The notes beneath the pieces are model-generated. The model made no database searches and had not been told where the DNA came from. It saw only the letters and a program-made list of their open reading frames with translations. The translations under genes were made by a program, and so were the position numbers. From an uncultured Acidobacteriaceae bacterium (GTDB taxonomy: Bacteria > Acidobacteriota > Terriglobia > Terriglobales > Acidobacteriaceae): a DNA stretch of 64,000 bases. Position 1 is the first letter of the stretch; every line of letters begins with the position of its first letter. Positions 54,023-63,397 of the stretch are shown here, one piece after another. The DNA lies in assembly GCA_963789245.1 (NCBI GenBank), contig CAWBKE010000014.1, positions 69,381 through 133,380 of the forward strand, in the 5' to 3' direction.

Positions 54023-54754
54023 CTACTGCGACAGCTTGCTGTAGTTGGTATTCGTCGTGGTTACGCTGATCTGCTTGGACGGAGCATTCAGAACGGTTTG
54101 CGCCGCATAATTGGTCCCGTCAGGCAAGGAAGCAAACTGCACGGCCAGAGTTATTGGGTCCTTGGCATCACCCAGATAGGTACTGACGTTGACGGTCTGG
54201 ATCTTCCTGGTCGCCGTGTCGAACGCAATCGTCATCTGATCGCCGGGCTGGGCGTAGTTCTTAAAGACCAGTTGGGCAGCGCCTCCGCCGGGCACGATCG
54301 AGACATTGTGCGCCTGGAAGGCCTTCTGCATGAGTTGCGCCTCGGGAGGAACGTACATGCTGATGACCGCCTTCACCTGCTGCATGTAATCCTGCATCTC
54401 CTCAGTCTTTTTCTCGATGACCCGCTGCTTCAGCCGTCCCTGGCGGCCGCTTTGCTGTTGGGCCTGTTGTTCGCCGATGGGGACCTTCTGGATCTGCCCG
54501 TTGGGACCGTAGCTGCACAGGTTCGACTTCGACGGCTTCTGGTCGCCCTTCAGGGTGAGCGTCTGGGTTTCCACCCACTGGTACTGATGCAGCTTCTGCT
54601 TGTTTTCCGCGGCGGACTGCTTTAAGGCAGCGAGTTTCTGCTGAAGTCCTCCGCCGCCCTGACCACCACCCATTTGCGCAAGAGCTGGAGCCGCCAGCAG
54701 TGCGGCGATCAATAGAATTCCGCAGTCCAACTTCAACCGACTTACCATTCTCAT
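54023..54754 (-). CDS. Hypothetical secreted Gln/Gly-rich protein, last gene of the RND operon
   Basis: Signal peptide LLIAALLAAPALAQ, then MGGGQGGGGLQQKL and Q-rich coiled segments. It begins 47 nt downstream of the RND gene on the same strand. Confidence 0.6.
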   Translation of the reverse strand: MRMVSRLKLDCGILLIAALLAAPALAQMGGGQGGGGLQQKLAALKQSAAENKQKLHQYQWVETQTLTLKGDQKPSKSNLCSYGPNGQIQKVPIGEQQAQQQSGRQGRLKQRVIEKKTEEMQDYMQQVKAVISMYVPPEAQLMQKAFQAHNVSIVPGGGAAQLVFKNYAQPGDQMTIAFDTATRKIQTVNVSTYLGDAKDPITLAVQFASLPDGTNYAAQTVLNAPSKQISVTTTNTNYSKLSQ

Positions 54755-54801
54755 CGTTGTCTCCAGTACGCCTTGGGCGCGTTTCAGATTTAGGTTCGCG
54801 A

Positions 54802-57800
54802 CTAATCGCCAGAGGCCGCAGTCGCAGGGGAAGAACTCGCTGGCGCCAGTGCATTTGACTCGACGCCGTCCTTCTCAGGACCCCATACAAGTATCTTCAA
54901 GTCCAGCACAAATATCGAGTACAGCACCGGGACCATCAGCAAGGTTATAAAAGTTGCCACCGTCAGTCCACCAATTTGTGCATAGCACAACGGCTGCCAA
55001 AGCGGGCCGCCATGCATGGCCAGGGGAAAGAGCGCCAGAACAGTGGCGCCGACGGTTATCATCACCGGGCGCAAACGAATGATACCAGCATCGATCACCG
55101 CCTCTTCAAAGGGCTCTCCTTTGGCGTGCATCTCCTCAATGAAGTCGAAGAGCACGATCACGTGGCTGACGATGACGCCGATCAGGCTGGCGATGCCGAG
55201 AAACGCCATGAAGCCGAACGAAGTATGCATCACCCACAACCCGTAGATGGCGCCCGCGACTCCGTACGGCGCAGCCGCAAACACCAGCAGCGGCTTAATG
55301 GCGTTGTTAAATTGGAAGAGAAGCGCCAGGTAAATCGTCAACACCGAAATGAGCAGCACCACGGTCAGGTTGCGGAAGCCGTCCTGTTGCTTGTTGTACT
55401 CGCCGCCAATCGTGACCCGGTAACCCGGCGGCATGGTCTTCTCGAACTCCTTCAGCTTGGGGATGACGGCGTTCGTGATCTCCGATGCCAGATGACCGGG
55501 AGCAGGGAAAGCGTAGATCGACATCTCGCGGAAATGATCGATGCGGACGATGCGGTTCGTCGTCATGCTGTTCTGGATGTCGGAGATTTGTACCAGCGGA
55601 ATCTTGGTGTTGTCCTGCGACGATTGCGAATAAACGTAAAGGTTCTGAATGTCTGACAGTCGCGATCGCTCGTTCATCTGCAAGCGAGCAACGACGGGAA
55701 TATTCCTGTCGCCGTCCTGCAAGGTGGTGACGGTGGTGCCGCTCATGGCGCTGGTGGCCGAGTTCGCCACATCCAGGTTCGTGATTCCGGCGAGATTGGC
55801 GCGATCGGGATTGACCTGGAGCGTCACTTGAAAGCTTTCCCTCTGCCACTCATTGCGAACCCGCCGGGCCTCGACCGCGGAGCGCACAATGTCCTCCACC
55901 TGCGCAGCGATCTTGCGCATCTCCGCAATGTCCTCGACACTCCGCGAGGAACTCACGTCCGCGTCGCTGACCACGCGAATCTCCACCGGGTAGTTGATGG
56001 GATTGGTTTGCAATTGGCGGTAATCGCAGCGCACGCCCGGCAACTTCGCGCTAAGCACGGGCTGCACCTGATCGACAAACTTCGGAGTGATGTCCTTGTC
56101 CGTCAATTGCACCAGGACTTGCGCGTAATTCAGTTGCTTGGGCTGTGGCGAGACGGAAAACCAGAATCGCGGGCTCCCTCCGCCTACCCAGGTCGTAACG
56201 TAGCGCAAAATCTGCGAAGGCGAACCATCCTTCTCCGGATGCTGCTTGCCCCAGTCATCGGCTTGCTGGCGAATGACCTGTTCCACTTGTTGCGCTGCCG
56301 TGTTCGTGGCATCGAAGTTGGCATCGTTCGGCAGCCAGACATCGACGTAGGACCAGTACTGCACATCGTCGGGAAAGAACGATGTCCTCAACTGCGAAAA
56401 CAGAAATCCTCCCAGCACCAGGAAGGCCAGCGAGCCGATCGCTACCTTCCAGCGATGCTCGATGGCAAACTTGGCGACCGCCGCATAACTGCCGGTGAAA
56501 CCCTTAGTACGCCGCTCTTCGATCGGCGGCTCCGGTTTGTCTGGCCGCAGCAGGTAGTAACCCAGCAGCGGGATGAACGTCATGGAAGCCAGCCGCGAAG
56601 CGACCAGCGCGACCGTCATCACGATCGGCAGGCTGTAGATAAATTCGCCGGTAGTGCCGGTGATCATCAGGAACGGAAGGTACGCGACGATGTTGGTCAG
56701 CGTGGCGTACATGATCGCGGTAGCGATCTTCGTCGGGCCAAGCCACGGCGCGATGATGCGAGGATGACCCTCGGCCAGCATTCGCTTGATGGAATCGCCG
56801 GCCACCACGGGATCGTCCACCAGCAATCCCAACGCAATGATCAGCGACGCCACGGATACCTGCTGGATGTCGATGCCGAGCATGTAAATGGTGCCGAACG
56901 TCATGGCCAGCGTGATCGGGATCGAAATGGCCATCAGCACCGCCGAGCGCCACTCCCAGAAGCCGATCAGCGAGACGATGACCACCAGCCCAATCGCCTC
57001 GTAAAGCGCGTCCATAAACAGATCGATCTGTTCCTTCACCTGCAGCGGCTGGCTGGAGGTGGGAACGATGACCAGGTCGTCCGGCAAATATGGTTTCAGG
57101 CTGTCGAGCTTCTGGTTGACATGCTTGCCGAACAGGTCAATCTGCTGGCCCGAGCGCATGTTGATCCCGAGCGAAATCGCGCGGCTGCGCTCCCAGTTCC
57201 CGCCGGCATCGCGCCACGTCAGGTAATTCAAAAAGGTCGGAGGACTCTGGTAGGTGCGCGAGATATCGACCAGGTCGCGGAGGTAGACCGGGCTATTCGA
57301 CGATGAAACTCCGACGATGACGTTGCCGATGGCGGACGCATCGGGAAACAAGCCGGAAGGATTGATAACCAGGTCCTGCGGGCCCACCTCAAGCGAGCCG
57401 GCCGGCAGCGTGATGTTCTGCGCGTTCAGGACGTCTTTCAGTTTGGAAGGATCGTATCCGTACTGCGCCAGTCGTTGCTGCGAGTAGTTGAGGTAGATCT
57501 GCTCCTGGAGCACGCCCGACCGTGTGATCGTCGACGTCTCCGGCACGCCTTGCAGTGTCCGTTGGATCAGGTCAGTGTAGTTGTCGAGCTGGCGGTAAGA
57601 ATATTTCGCACCCGCAACTTTGACGAGCTGCGCGTCGGTGTCGGCTGGGTTGCGGATAATGGCCGGCCGCCAGGCGTCGGGATAAAGTTCGGAGCGCTGA
57701 AGGTTGTTCTTGATCAGTTGCTCGCCGCGCTGGCGAATGGTCTCGTCATCGAAAGTGGTACTGGCATCAAGCCCCACGTAGCCGGGGCCATCGAAGAAGT

Positions 57801-58506
57801 GTAGGTCCCTGAGGGTGCCGTCGCGCTCGGCAATGTTGGCGATGTTTTCGAAGTTGTCGCGCACCGGGCCCGCGGCAACCGACAGAGGAAAGGCATAAAT
57901 GATGCTGACTCGCGGCTGCGGCGAATTCCGGGGCAGCTCGCTCCGCGTCTGCTCGATGGCCTTGCGGATGGCGATGGCGCGCAGCGCGACCTCAGTGGGC
58001 GTGACGATGGGGCTCGCGACCGTGAGCATCAGCGCGGCCGTGTCGCCAAAGTTGCTGTTGAACTGGATGGGCCCAGCGCCACGCGGCAACTGCAGTTGGT
58101 TCATCTTCAGGTTAATGTCACTGAATTCCTTCTGCTTGTCCCTGACGTTGTCGTCGAGCTGGATATAAACCACCGACAGCCCGGGAAAGCTGAGCGAGCG
58201 AATACCGAAGTTGGATGGACTGGGTGGTTTGATAGTGGTGTTTTGCGCGGCCGCCTGCTCCATGGGCCGGGTAACAAGTTGCTCGACTTGCTCGGCCGTG
58301 GCGCCCGGCCACTGGCACTGTGCCGCCGCGACTCGGACAGGGATGTCCGGGTCCTTGCGCTTGGGCATGTTGTGGTAGCCATACCAACCCCAAACGAAGG
58401 TCGCCACCAGCAGGATCAGGCCAACCTGACGGTGCTCGGTGAAGAAGCGGGCAGTGTTGTGCGTGGTCGCGATGATCTCAGCGTCGGACTTGTGGTGGGT
58501 CGTCAT
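54802..58506 (-). CDS. RND efflux transporter permease (AcrB/HAE1-like), unusually long (1234 aa)
   Basis: 12-TM RND architecture. Typical blocks are LGLLVDDPVVAGDSI, ATLTNIVAYLPF, and the C-terminal half GIASLIGVIVSHVIVLFDFIEE. Confidence 0.92.
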   Translation of the reverse strand: MTTHHKSDAEIIATTHNTARFFTEHRQVGLILLVATFVWGWYGYHNMPKRKDPDIPVRVAAAQCQWPGATAEQVEQLVTRPMEQAAAQNTTIKPPSPSNFGIRSLSFPGLSVVYIQLDDNVRDKQKEFSDINLKMNQLQLPRGAGPIQFNSNFGDTAALMLTVASPIVTPTEVALRAIAIRKAIEQTRSELPRNSPQPRVSIIYAFPLSVAAGPVRDNFENIANIAERDGTLRDLHFFDGPGYVGLDASTTFDDETIRQRGEQLIKNNLQRSELYPDAWRPAIIRNPADTDAQLVKVAGAKYSYRQLDNYTDLIQRTLQGVPETSTITRSGVLQEQIYLNYSQQRLAQYGYDPSKLKDVLNAQNITLPAGSLEVGPQDLVINPSGLFPDASAIGNVIVGVSSSNSPVYLRDLVDISRTYQSPPTFLNYLTWRDAGGNWERSRAISLGINMRSGQQIDLFGKHVNQKLDSLKPYLPDDLVIVPTSSQPLQVKEQIDLFMDALYEAIGLVVIVSLIGFWEWRSAVLMAISIPITLAMTFGTIYMLGIDIQQVSVASLIIALGLLVDDPVVAGDSIKRMLAEGHPRIIAPWLGPTKIATAIMYATLTNIVAYLPFLMITGTTGEFIYSLPIVMTVALVASRLASMTFIPLLGYYLLRPDKPEPPIEERRTKGFTGSYAAVAKFAIEHRWKVAIGSLAFLVLGGFLFSQLRTSFFPDDVQYWSYVDVWLPNDANFDATNTAAQQVEQVIRQQADDWGKQHPEKDGSPSQILRYVTTWVGGGSPRFWFSVSPQPKQLNYAQVLVQLTDKDITPKFVDQVQPVLSAKLPGVRCDYRQLQTNPINYPVEIRVVSDADVSSSRSVEDIAEMRKIAAQVEDIVRSAVEARRVRNEWQRESFQVTLQVNPDRANLAGITNLDVANSATSAMSGTTVTTLQDGDRNIPVVARLQMNERSRLSDIQNLYVYSQSSQDNTKIPLVQISDIQNSMTTNRIVRIDHFREMSIYAFPAPGHLASEITNAVIPKLKEFEKTMPPGYRVTIGGEYNKQQDGFRNLTVVLLISVLTIYLALLFQFNNAIKPLLVFAAAPYGVAGAIYGLWVMHTSFGFMAFLGIASLIGVIVSHVIVLFDFIEEMHAKGEPFEEAVIDAGIIRLRPVMITVGATVLALFPLAMHGGPLWQPLCYAQIGGLTVATFITLLMVPVLYSIFVLDLKILVWGPEKDGVESNALAPASSSPATAASGD

Positions 58507-58550
58507 TGCGCGTCTTCGAATCTCGCGATCGGCACCTGGTGTCGCCAGGG

Positions 58551-58686
58551 TGGAGCACCGCTTCAGCGGTGCAGTTCAAGGCCCCGAACGTGAGCGGCTT
58601 TAGCCGCTGAGGTAACGGTCCTCAGGGCCTAAAGGCCGACTCCTTGCCGCCCTTAACGGCACGGCTGAAGCCGTGCCCCTTCAAAT
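58551..58686. repeat. REP/BIME-like hairpin cluster (family B) inside the RND operon, between the MFP and RND genes
   Basis: 58595-58686 aligns with 8481-8571 (cggctt(c/t)agccgctgagg...cctcagggcctaaaggc...acggcacggct(a/g)aagccgtgccccttcaaa). An extra hairpin gcaccgc-ttca-gcggtgc lies at about 58555-58572. Confidence 0.8.
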
Positions 58687-58712
58687 CACACCTCCCGCCG
58701 GAATGCTCTCTT

Positions 58713-59867
58713 TCATGGAATAATTCTCACTTCGTCGCCATTCTTGATCATGTTTGTTCCCGACGTTACGACGCGATCGCCAATGTTTACTCCGCTGCGA
58801 ACCGCGATCATGTTCCCGTAAGTGTTGCCCAGCGTCACATCCTGCGTGTGCACCTTCGCCTTGTCGCCCGTACCCTCGGTTACGAACACCGCAAAGCCAT
58901 TCAGATTCGAGGGGCTGCGCACGACCGCTGAAATCGGCACCACGGTTACTTTTTCGGCCGGCGCCGATGCGCCGATTGTGAGCGACGCGATCATGCCCGC
59001 CTTCAGCAGGTTTTGCGGATTGTCGATTCTGACCTCGACCGAGTAAACGCGACTCTTGGGATCAGCTGCCGCCGAGATCGCGGTAACGTGTCCGGAAAAA
59101 GGATTGGGCAGCGCTTCCGTCGTCACCGTCTGCGGACTGCCTAACTTGATGCGTCCGATGGCCGTGTCGGGAACGCCAAAGACCGCTTTCACCGTTCGCG
59201 TGTCAGCCAGAGTAAAGCCAGGCGTCGCCGCACTGACAAGTGTGCCCACATCCACATTTCGTTTCAGCACCCAGGAGTCGAATGGCGCCCGCAATTCGCA
59301 ATAGCTGAGTGCGAGTTGCGCTTCCGCAATCGATGCTTTCGCGTTATCTACTGCCGCCTGCGTGCTCTGGTCTTGCGCGCGCGAGTCGTCGTAGTCGGGT
59401 TGGGTCGCTGCGCCTGCCTTGTAAAGCACCGACATGCGCCCAAACGACAACTTGGCGCGTTCGTGGTCGGCCTGCGCTTTGTCCATTTGGGCCTGGGCCT
59501 GCGCCAGCTTCTGCTGGTAATCGTCCGGCTGCACGTTGGCCAGCACCGTCCCCTTGGTCACATAGTCGCCCTGATCGATATTGCGCACGTGGCCCTCGGC
59601 ATCGCGCACCTGGCGAATGCTGACCAGGTAGCCGTTGGACTTGAACGCAAGGTCCACCTGCTGATAGGGCTGGATGTTTGCCGAATAGGTGTTGCCAACA
59701 TCGGTGGCGATGGTTTGCACCACAGCGGTGCGCACGGGCACAACTGTTGGCTGGTTGGGCGTCTCTTTACTACAGCCAGTCAGCACGGCCGCACCCAAGA
59801 CCGCGATGAGTGCAGCCGAACCGGCCCGTCCGGATTTTATCCGCGGCATTCTGAGCATGGGCTTCAC
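58713..59867 (-). CDS. RND efflux periplasmic adaptor (membrane-fusion protein, HlyD_D23 type) lipoprotein
   Basis: Lipobox AVLTGC, a coiled-coil hairpin (QQKLAQAQAQMDKAQADHERAK) and beta-barrel domains. The GTG start overlaps the tolC-like TGA. Confidence 0.9.
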   Translation of the reverse strand: MKPMLRMPRIKSGRAGSAALIAVLGAAVLTGCSKETPNQPTVVPVRTAVVQTIATDVGNTYSANIQPYQQVDLAFKSNGYLVSIRQVRDAEGHVRNIDQGDYVTKGTVLANVQPDDYQQKLAQAQAQMDKAQADHERAKLSFGRMSVLYKAGAATQPDYDDSRAQDQSTQAAVDNAKASIAEAQLALSYCELRAPFDSWVLKRNVDVGTLVSAATPGFTLADTRTVKAVFGVPDTAIGRIKLGSPQTVTTEALPNPFSGHVTAISAAADPKSRVYSVEVRIDNPQNLLKAGMIASLTIGASAPAEKVTVVPISAVVRSPSNLNGFAVFVTEGTGDKAKVHTQDVTLGNTYGNMIAVRSGVNIGDRVVTSGTNMIKNGDEVRIIP

Positions 59868-61217
59868 TCCTCCCCGATCGCTTTCTGGAAGTTCGCCTTC
59901 GCGGTCCAGAACTTGGCCATCGCTTCGTTATAGTCTGCGTTGGAGCCCTCGACCGCCGACTGCTGTTGCAGCACATCGCGCAGCAGAGCGGTCTGCTGCG
60001 CGTACTTCTGCGTGACCTCGCGCAGCTTCTCGGTCGAGGCTTCCTTCTTGGCGGTCGCCACGGTGACGGCGACCCGCGCTTCGTGCAATGCCCTATACTG
60101 CGTGTCCAAGTTGATCAGGATCTGCGCCCTGGTGTCGTCCAGGCTCAGCTTGCTCTGCTCCACCGCGATGACCTTCTCGTTGACTTCGTCTCGGCGCCGG
60201 CCCCAGTCAAAAGGCTCCCAATTGAATTCAATTCCCAGGCCCATCACATTCTGGGGCACAAAGTTGACGCCGAAGGGCGAGAGGTAATGGAACGATGCGC
60301 CCAGGTCCGGCAAGTATTGCGACTTCACCAGCCGTCGGGCGTTGTCGGCCTGCTTCACCGTGATCTCGGCTTCCTTCACTTTGGGATTCTGCGCCAGCGC
60401 CAGAGCTTGGGCTTCGGGAAGGTTTTCTTCCGCCGGCGACAATTCCGTCGGATTCACGGCGCTGAATGGTGTGTTGATGTCGCGGCCAAGCAGATTGTTC
60501 AGCGTCTCCTTGGTTGACGCAAGCTTGTCCTGATCTTGCAGCAGCTTGAACTGCTCGTCCGCGAGTTTGGTCTTCACCTCCAGAAGCTCCGACTTCAGTA
60601 CCACCTGTTGCTCCAGATACTGAGTGCTAATGCGCTCCAGTTCCTCGTATTGCTTGATACTGGCTTCGGCGGCGGCGATGGCGTTCTGGATTTCTACGAT
60701 GGAGTAGTAAGCCTGGCGCACGTCGTCAACAATCGAAAGGCGCTCCTCGCGCACTTTTTGGACGGATTGCTCAACCGACAACGCTTCGCCATGAATGCGA
60801 ATGTTGATCTTGTAGAGCGTCAGCAGGGGCTGCGAAGCGGTGCCGAAGACATAAGCTGTCGGCTGGCTGGGGGTGGTGATGTTGGTGTTGGTGGCCGGGA
60901 TGGGACCGATGCCCGGATAGCTCCCAAACTGCCCCGCCTGCACGGTGAAGTTTATGGGCTGAAGCAGTCTGCGACGCGAATACGTAGGTATTGAACGAGG
61001 GAAATCGCCGCGTCTTCTCCGCGGCCAGTTTCTCCTTGGAGCTGTCGAGGCCGAGGGAAACAATCTTCAGGTCGCGATTGTTCGCCAGCGCAATTTGGAC
61101 GGCTTGATCGACAGTGAGGACCTCAGCCGGAACCGCCGGCTGTTCCGCCGCGGCGGCAAGGCTAAGAACACTGACCGTCAACAAAAGGGTCCCTATAAGC
61201 GCTCGTAGGCGATGCAT
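59864..61217 (-). pseudogene. TolC-family outer-membrane efflux protein, frame broken near 60968; possible sequencing error
   Basis: Frame A reads MHRLRALIGTLLLTVSVLSLAAAAEQPAVPAEVLTVDQAVQIALANNRDLKIV...FPSFNTYVFASQ. The +1 frame continues LLQPINFTVQAGQFG...VRQAYYSIVEIQNAIAAAEASIKQYEEL... through to stop 59864. Confidence 0.85.
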
Positions 61218-61579
61218 CGCCCTCCCGATGAAACCCAAACAGTGCGAATGGTGCCGGTGGGACAGCACGTGCTGCGGATGTTTCTTATGAAAGTGCAACG
61301 CAGTATACCGTGCTCTCACAAGTGCGGCAAGGCGGGCGAGTTAGATTGATTACCCACCATCCGGCTACGTGCACGCGTGGCCGCCATCGCGACCTCCCCG
61401 GTAAAGGGCGGGCTGTGAAATGCCGATGGGGCCAATGACGATTCGTGTCCCATGCACGGTTGCGACGCACTGCCTGGAACAGTTCCGAGAGGCCGACGCG
61501 ACCCTCCGCTGAGGCCCGGCTCGCCCTGACATCGCGACGCATTGGCATTTGAAGGCCTGCAACAACCGGAGGTGATTCC

Positions 61580-63367
61580 GTGGTCAACCAAAGCAAGAAA
61601 CAGGAAATAAGCAGGAGAGACTTCGTCAAAACTATCGGCATTGGGATTGGCGCGTTACAAACCGCCGGCGTCGGCCTCGGCATGCTGGAACTAAGTGGGT
61701 GCGGAAGCAATACAACGCCGCCGCCTCAACCGGCGCCGCCGCAGATTGTGTCCTGGCCGATCAGCCGTCAGGTCTACACCACCGCACAGCGGCAAGTTTG
61801 CCCGGTGGCAGTCCCACCAACCGCGCTCCAGATCAACCCGGGCGATGTGGTTGACTATGCTAGATACGGCTACAGTGCCTGGAATATTGGTGGGCCGTTG
61901 CAGCATGTCGTGCGTCGGGACCTGGCGCCAGGCTACACGGGGGCGCCCAACGTCGCGCAGTTGCTGTTCTACTACTCCATGTCCGACATTCACATTGCCG
62001 ATAAGGAATCGCCGGCGCAAGCCAACTACATTGGCCTAAGCGCCGGGTATGGTTCCCGCGAGTCATCGGCCTACTCGCCCATCATTCTGTCCACGCCACA
62101 CGTGCTCGATGCCGCCGTGCAGACCATCAACGCCCTGCACCACCTGACGCCATTCGATTTTGGGATATCGCTGGGAGACGATTGCAACAACTCGCAATAC
62201 AACGAACTGCGCTGGTTCCTCGACACCATCGATGGCAAAGTAATCACTCCCAGCTCCGGCGCTCATGTCGGGGCAACCACCATCGATTACCAGATGCCTT
62301 TTTATGCTGCCGGCCTCAATCCCGAGATTCCCTGGTTCCAAGTCATCGGCAACCACGATCAGTTCTGGATGGGCTCGGCGTTTGAAAACACCAAGACCCG
62401 GAGCGCCCACATCGGCAGCACCATTCTGAACATAGAAGACAATCCCGGAAAGCCAATCATCGATAGTACGGGCGCTTATATGGGCGTCGTCGATGGCACG
62501 ACGCCATACGGAAACATTATTGGGGCCGGGCCGACGGCGGACTTCACTCCGCCTCCCACCGTCATTGCGGATGCACACCGCCATACCATGGCCAGTCTCG
62601 CCTCAACTACCCAGAATTGGATGGCGGAGTTCTTTAACACCACCAGCCGTCCCGTGGGTCACGGGTTTACCCAGGCCAACTTAGCCAGCGGCAGGGCCTG
62701 CTATAGCTTCGTGCCGAAGTCCGACATACCCATCAAGTTCATTGTGCTGGACGATACGGTAAAGGGACCGGGCCTGGACGAATATGCCGTCGGCTCGCTC
62801 GACGACCAGCGCTACCAGTGGCTGGTCAACGAACTCCACGCCGGACAGACCGACAATCAGCTGATGGTGATCTGCGCGCACGTGCCCATCCTGCCGCAGA
62901 ACAGCTTGACCGATACCACACCGTTTCCCATGTGGCCAGGACCGGAATATACCGACGAGTACGTGCTCAACATGCTGCACCAGTATCCCAATCTCATTTT
63001 GTGGATGGCGGGACACCGGCATGTGAACGTGGTGACTCCACAACCGGATCCCAGCGGCGATCCCACGCTCGCCTTCTGGGAAGTCGAAACTTGTTCGCTG
63101 CGCGACCATCCGCAGCAGTTCCGCACCTTTGACATTCGCCGTAACAGCGACAATACGGTGTCCATCATCATCACCAACGTCGATCCGGCGGTGCAGGCTG
63201 GTTCGCCGGCGTACAAGTCCCGGGGATATGCGATTGGCGCGGCTCGCGTCTATCTCAGCTACCCGCTCGACGATACGGCCTCGCACTCCTACAACGCCGA
63301 GCTGGTGGTGCAACTGACGCCGGTAATGCAGTCGGTGATTTCGCAGGCCGGATCGGCGATACGGTAG
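61580..63367 (+). CDS. Tat-exported calcineurin-like metallophosphoesterase
   Basis: Twin-arginine signal SRRDFVKTIGIG. Metallophosphoesterase motifs: SDIHIAD (DxH), LGDDCNN (GD), VIGNHDQF (GNHD), CAHVP and AGHRHVN (GHxH). GTG start with SD ggagg. Confidence 0.8.
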   Translation: MVNQSKKQEISRRDFVKTIGIGIGALQTAGVGLGMLELSGCGSNTTPPPQPAPPQIVSWPISRQVYTTAQRQVCPVAVPPTALQINPGDVVDYARYGYSAWNIGGPLQHVVRRDLAPGYTGAPNVAQLLFYYSMSDIHIADKESPAQANYIGLSAGYGSRESSAYSPIILSTPHVLDAAVQTINALHHLTPFDFGISLGDDCNNSQYNELRWFLDTIDGKVITPSSGAHVGATTIDYQMPFYAAGLNPEIPWFQVIGNHDQFWMGSAFENTKTRSAHIGSTILNIEDNPGKPIIDSTGAYMGVVDGTTPYGNIIGAGPTADFTPPPTVIADAHRHTMASLASTTQNWMAEFFNTTSRPVGHGFTQANLASGRACYSFVPKSDIPIKFIVLDDTVKGPGLDEYAVGSLDDQRYQWLVNELHAGQTDNQLMVICAHVPILPQNSLTDTTPFPMWPGPEYTDEYVLNMLHQYPNLILWMAGHRHVNVVTPQPDPSGDPTLAFWEVETCSLRDHPQQFRTFDIRRNSDNTVSIIITNVDPAVQAGSPAYKSRGYAIGAARVYLSYPLDDTASHSYNAELVVQLTPVMQSVISQAGSAIR

Positions 63368-63397
63368 GCGCGGTGGTTGGGGAAGACTGAGGCAGCT

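Noticed and set aside
55828-57306. 492-aa ORF on the plus strand
   Set aside because: It is antisense to the RND permease gene and has the low-complexity R/H/D/Q-rich composition of a shadow ORF.
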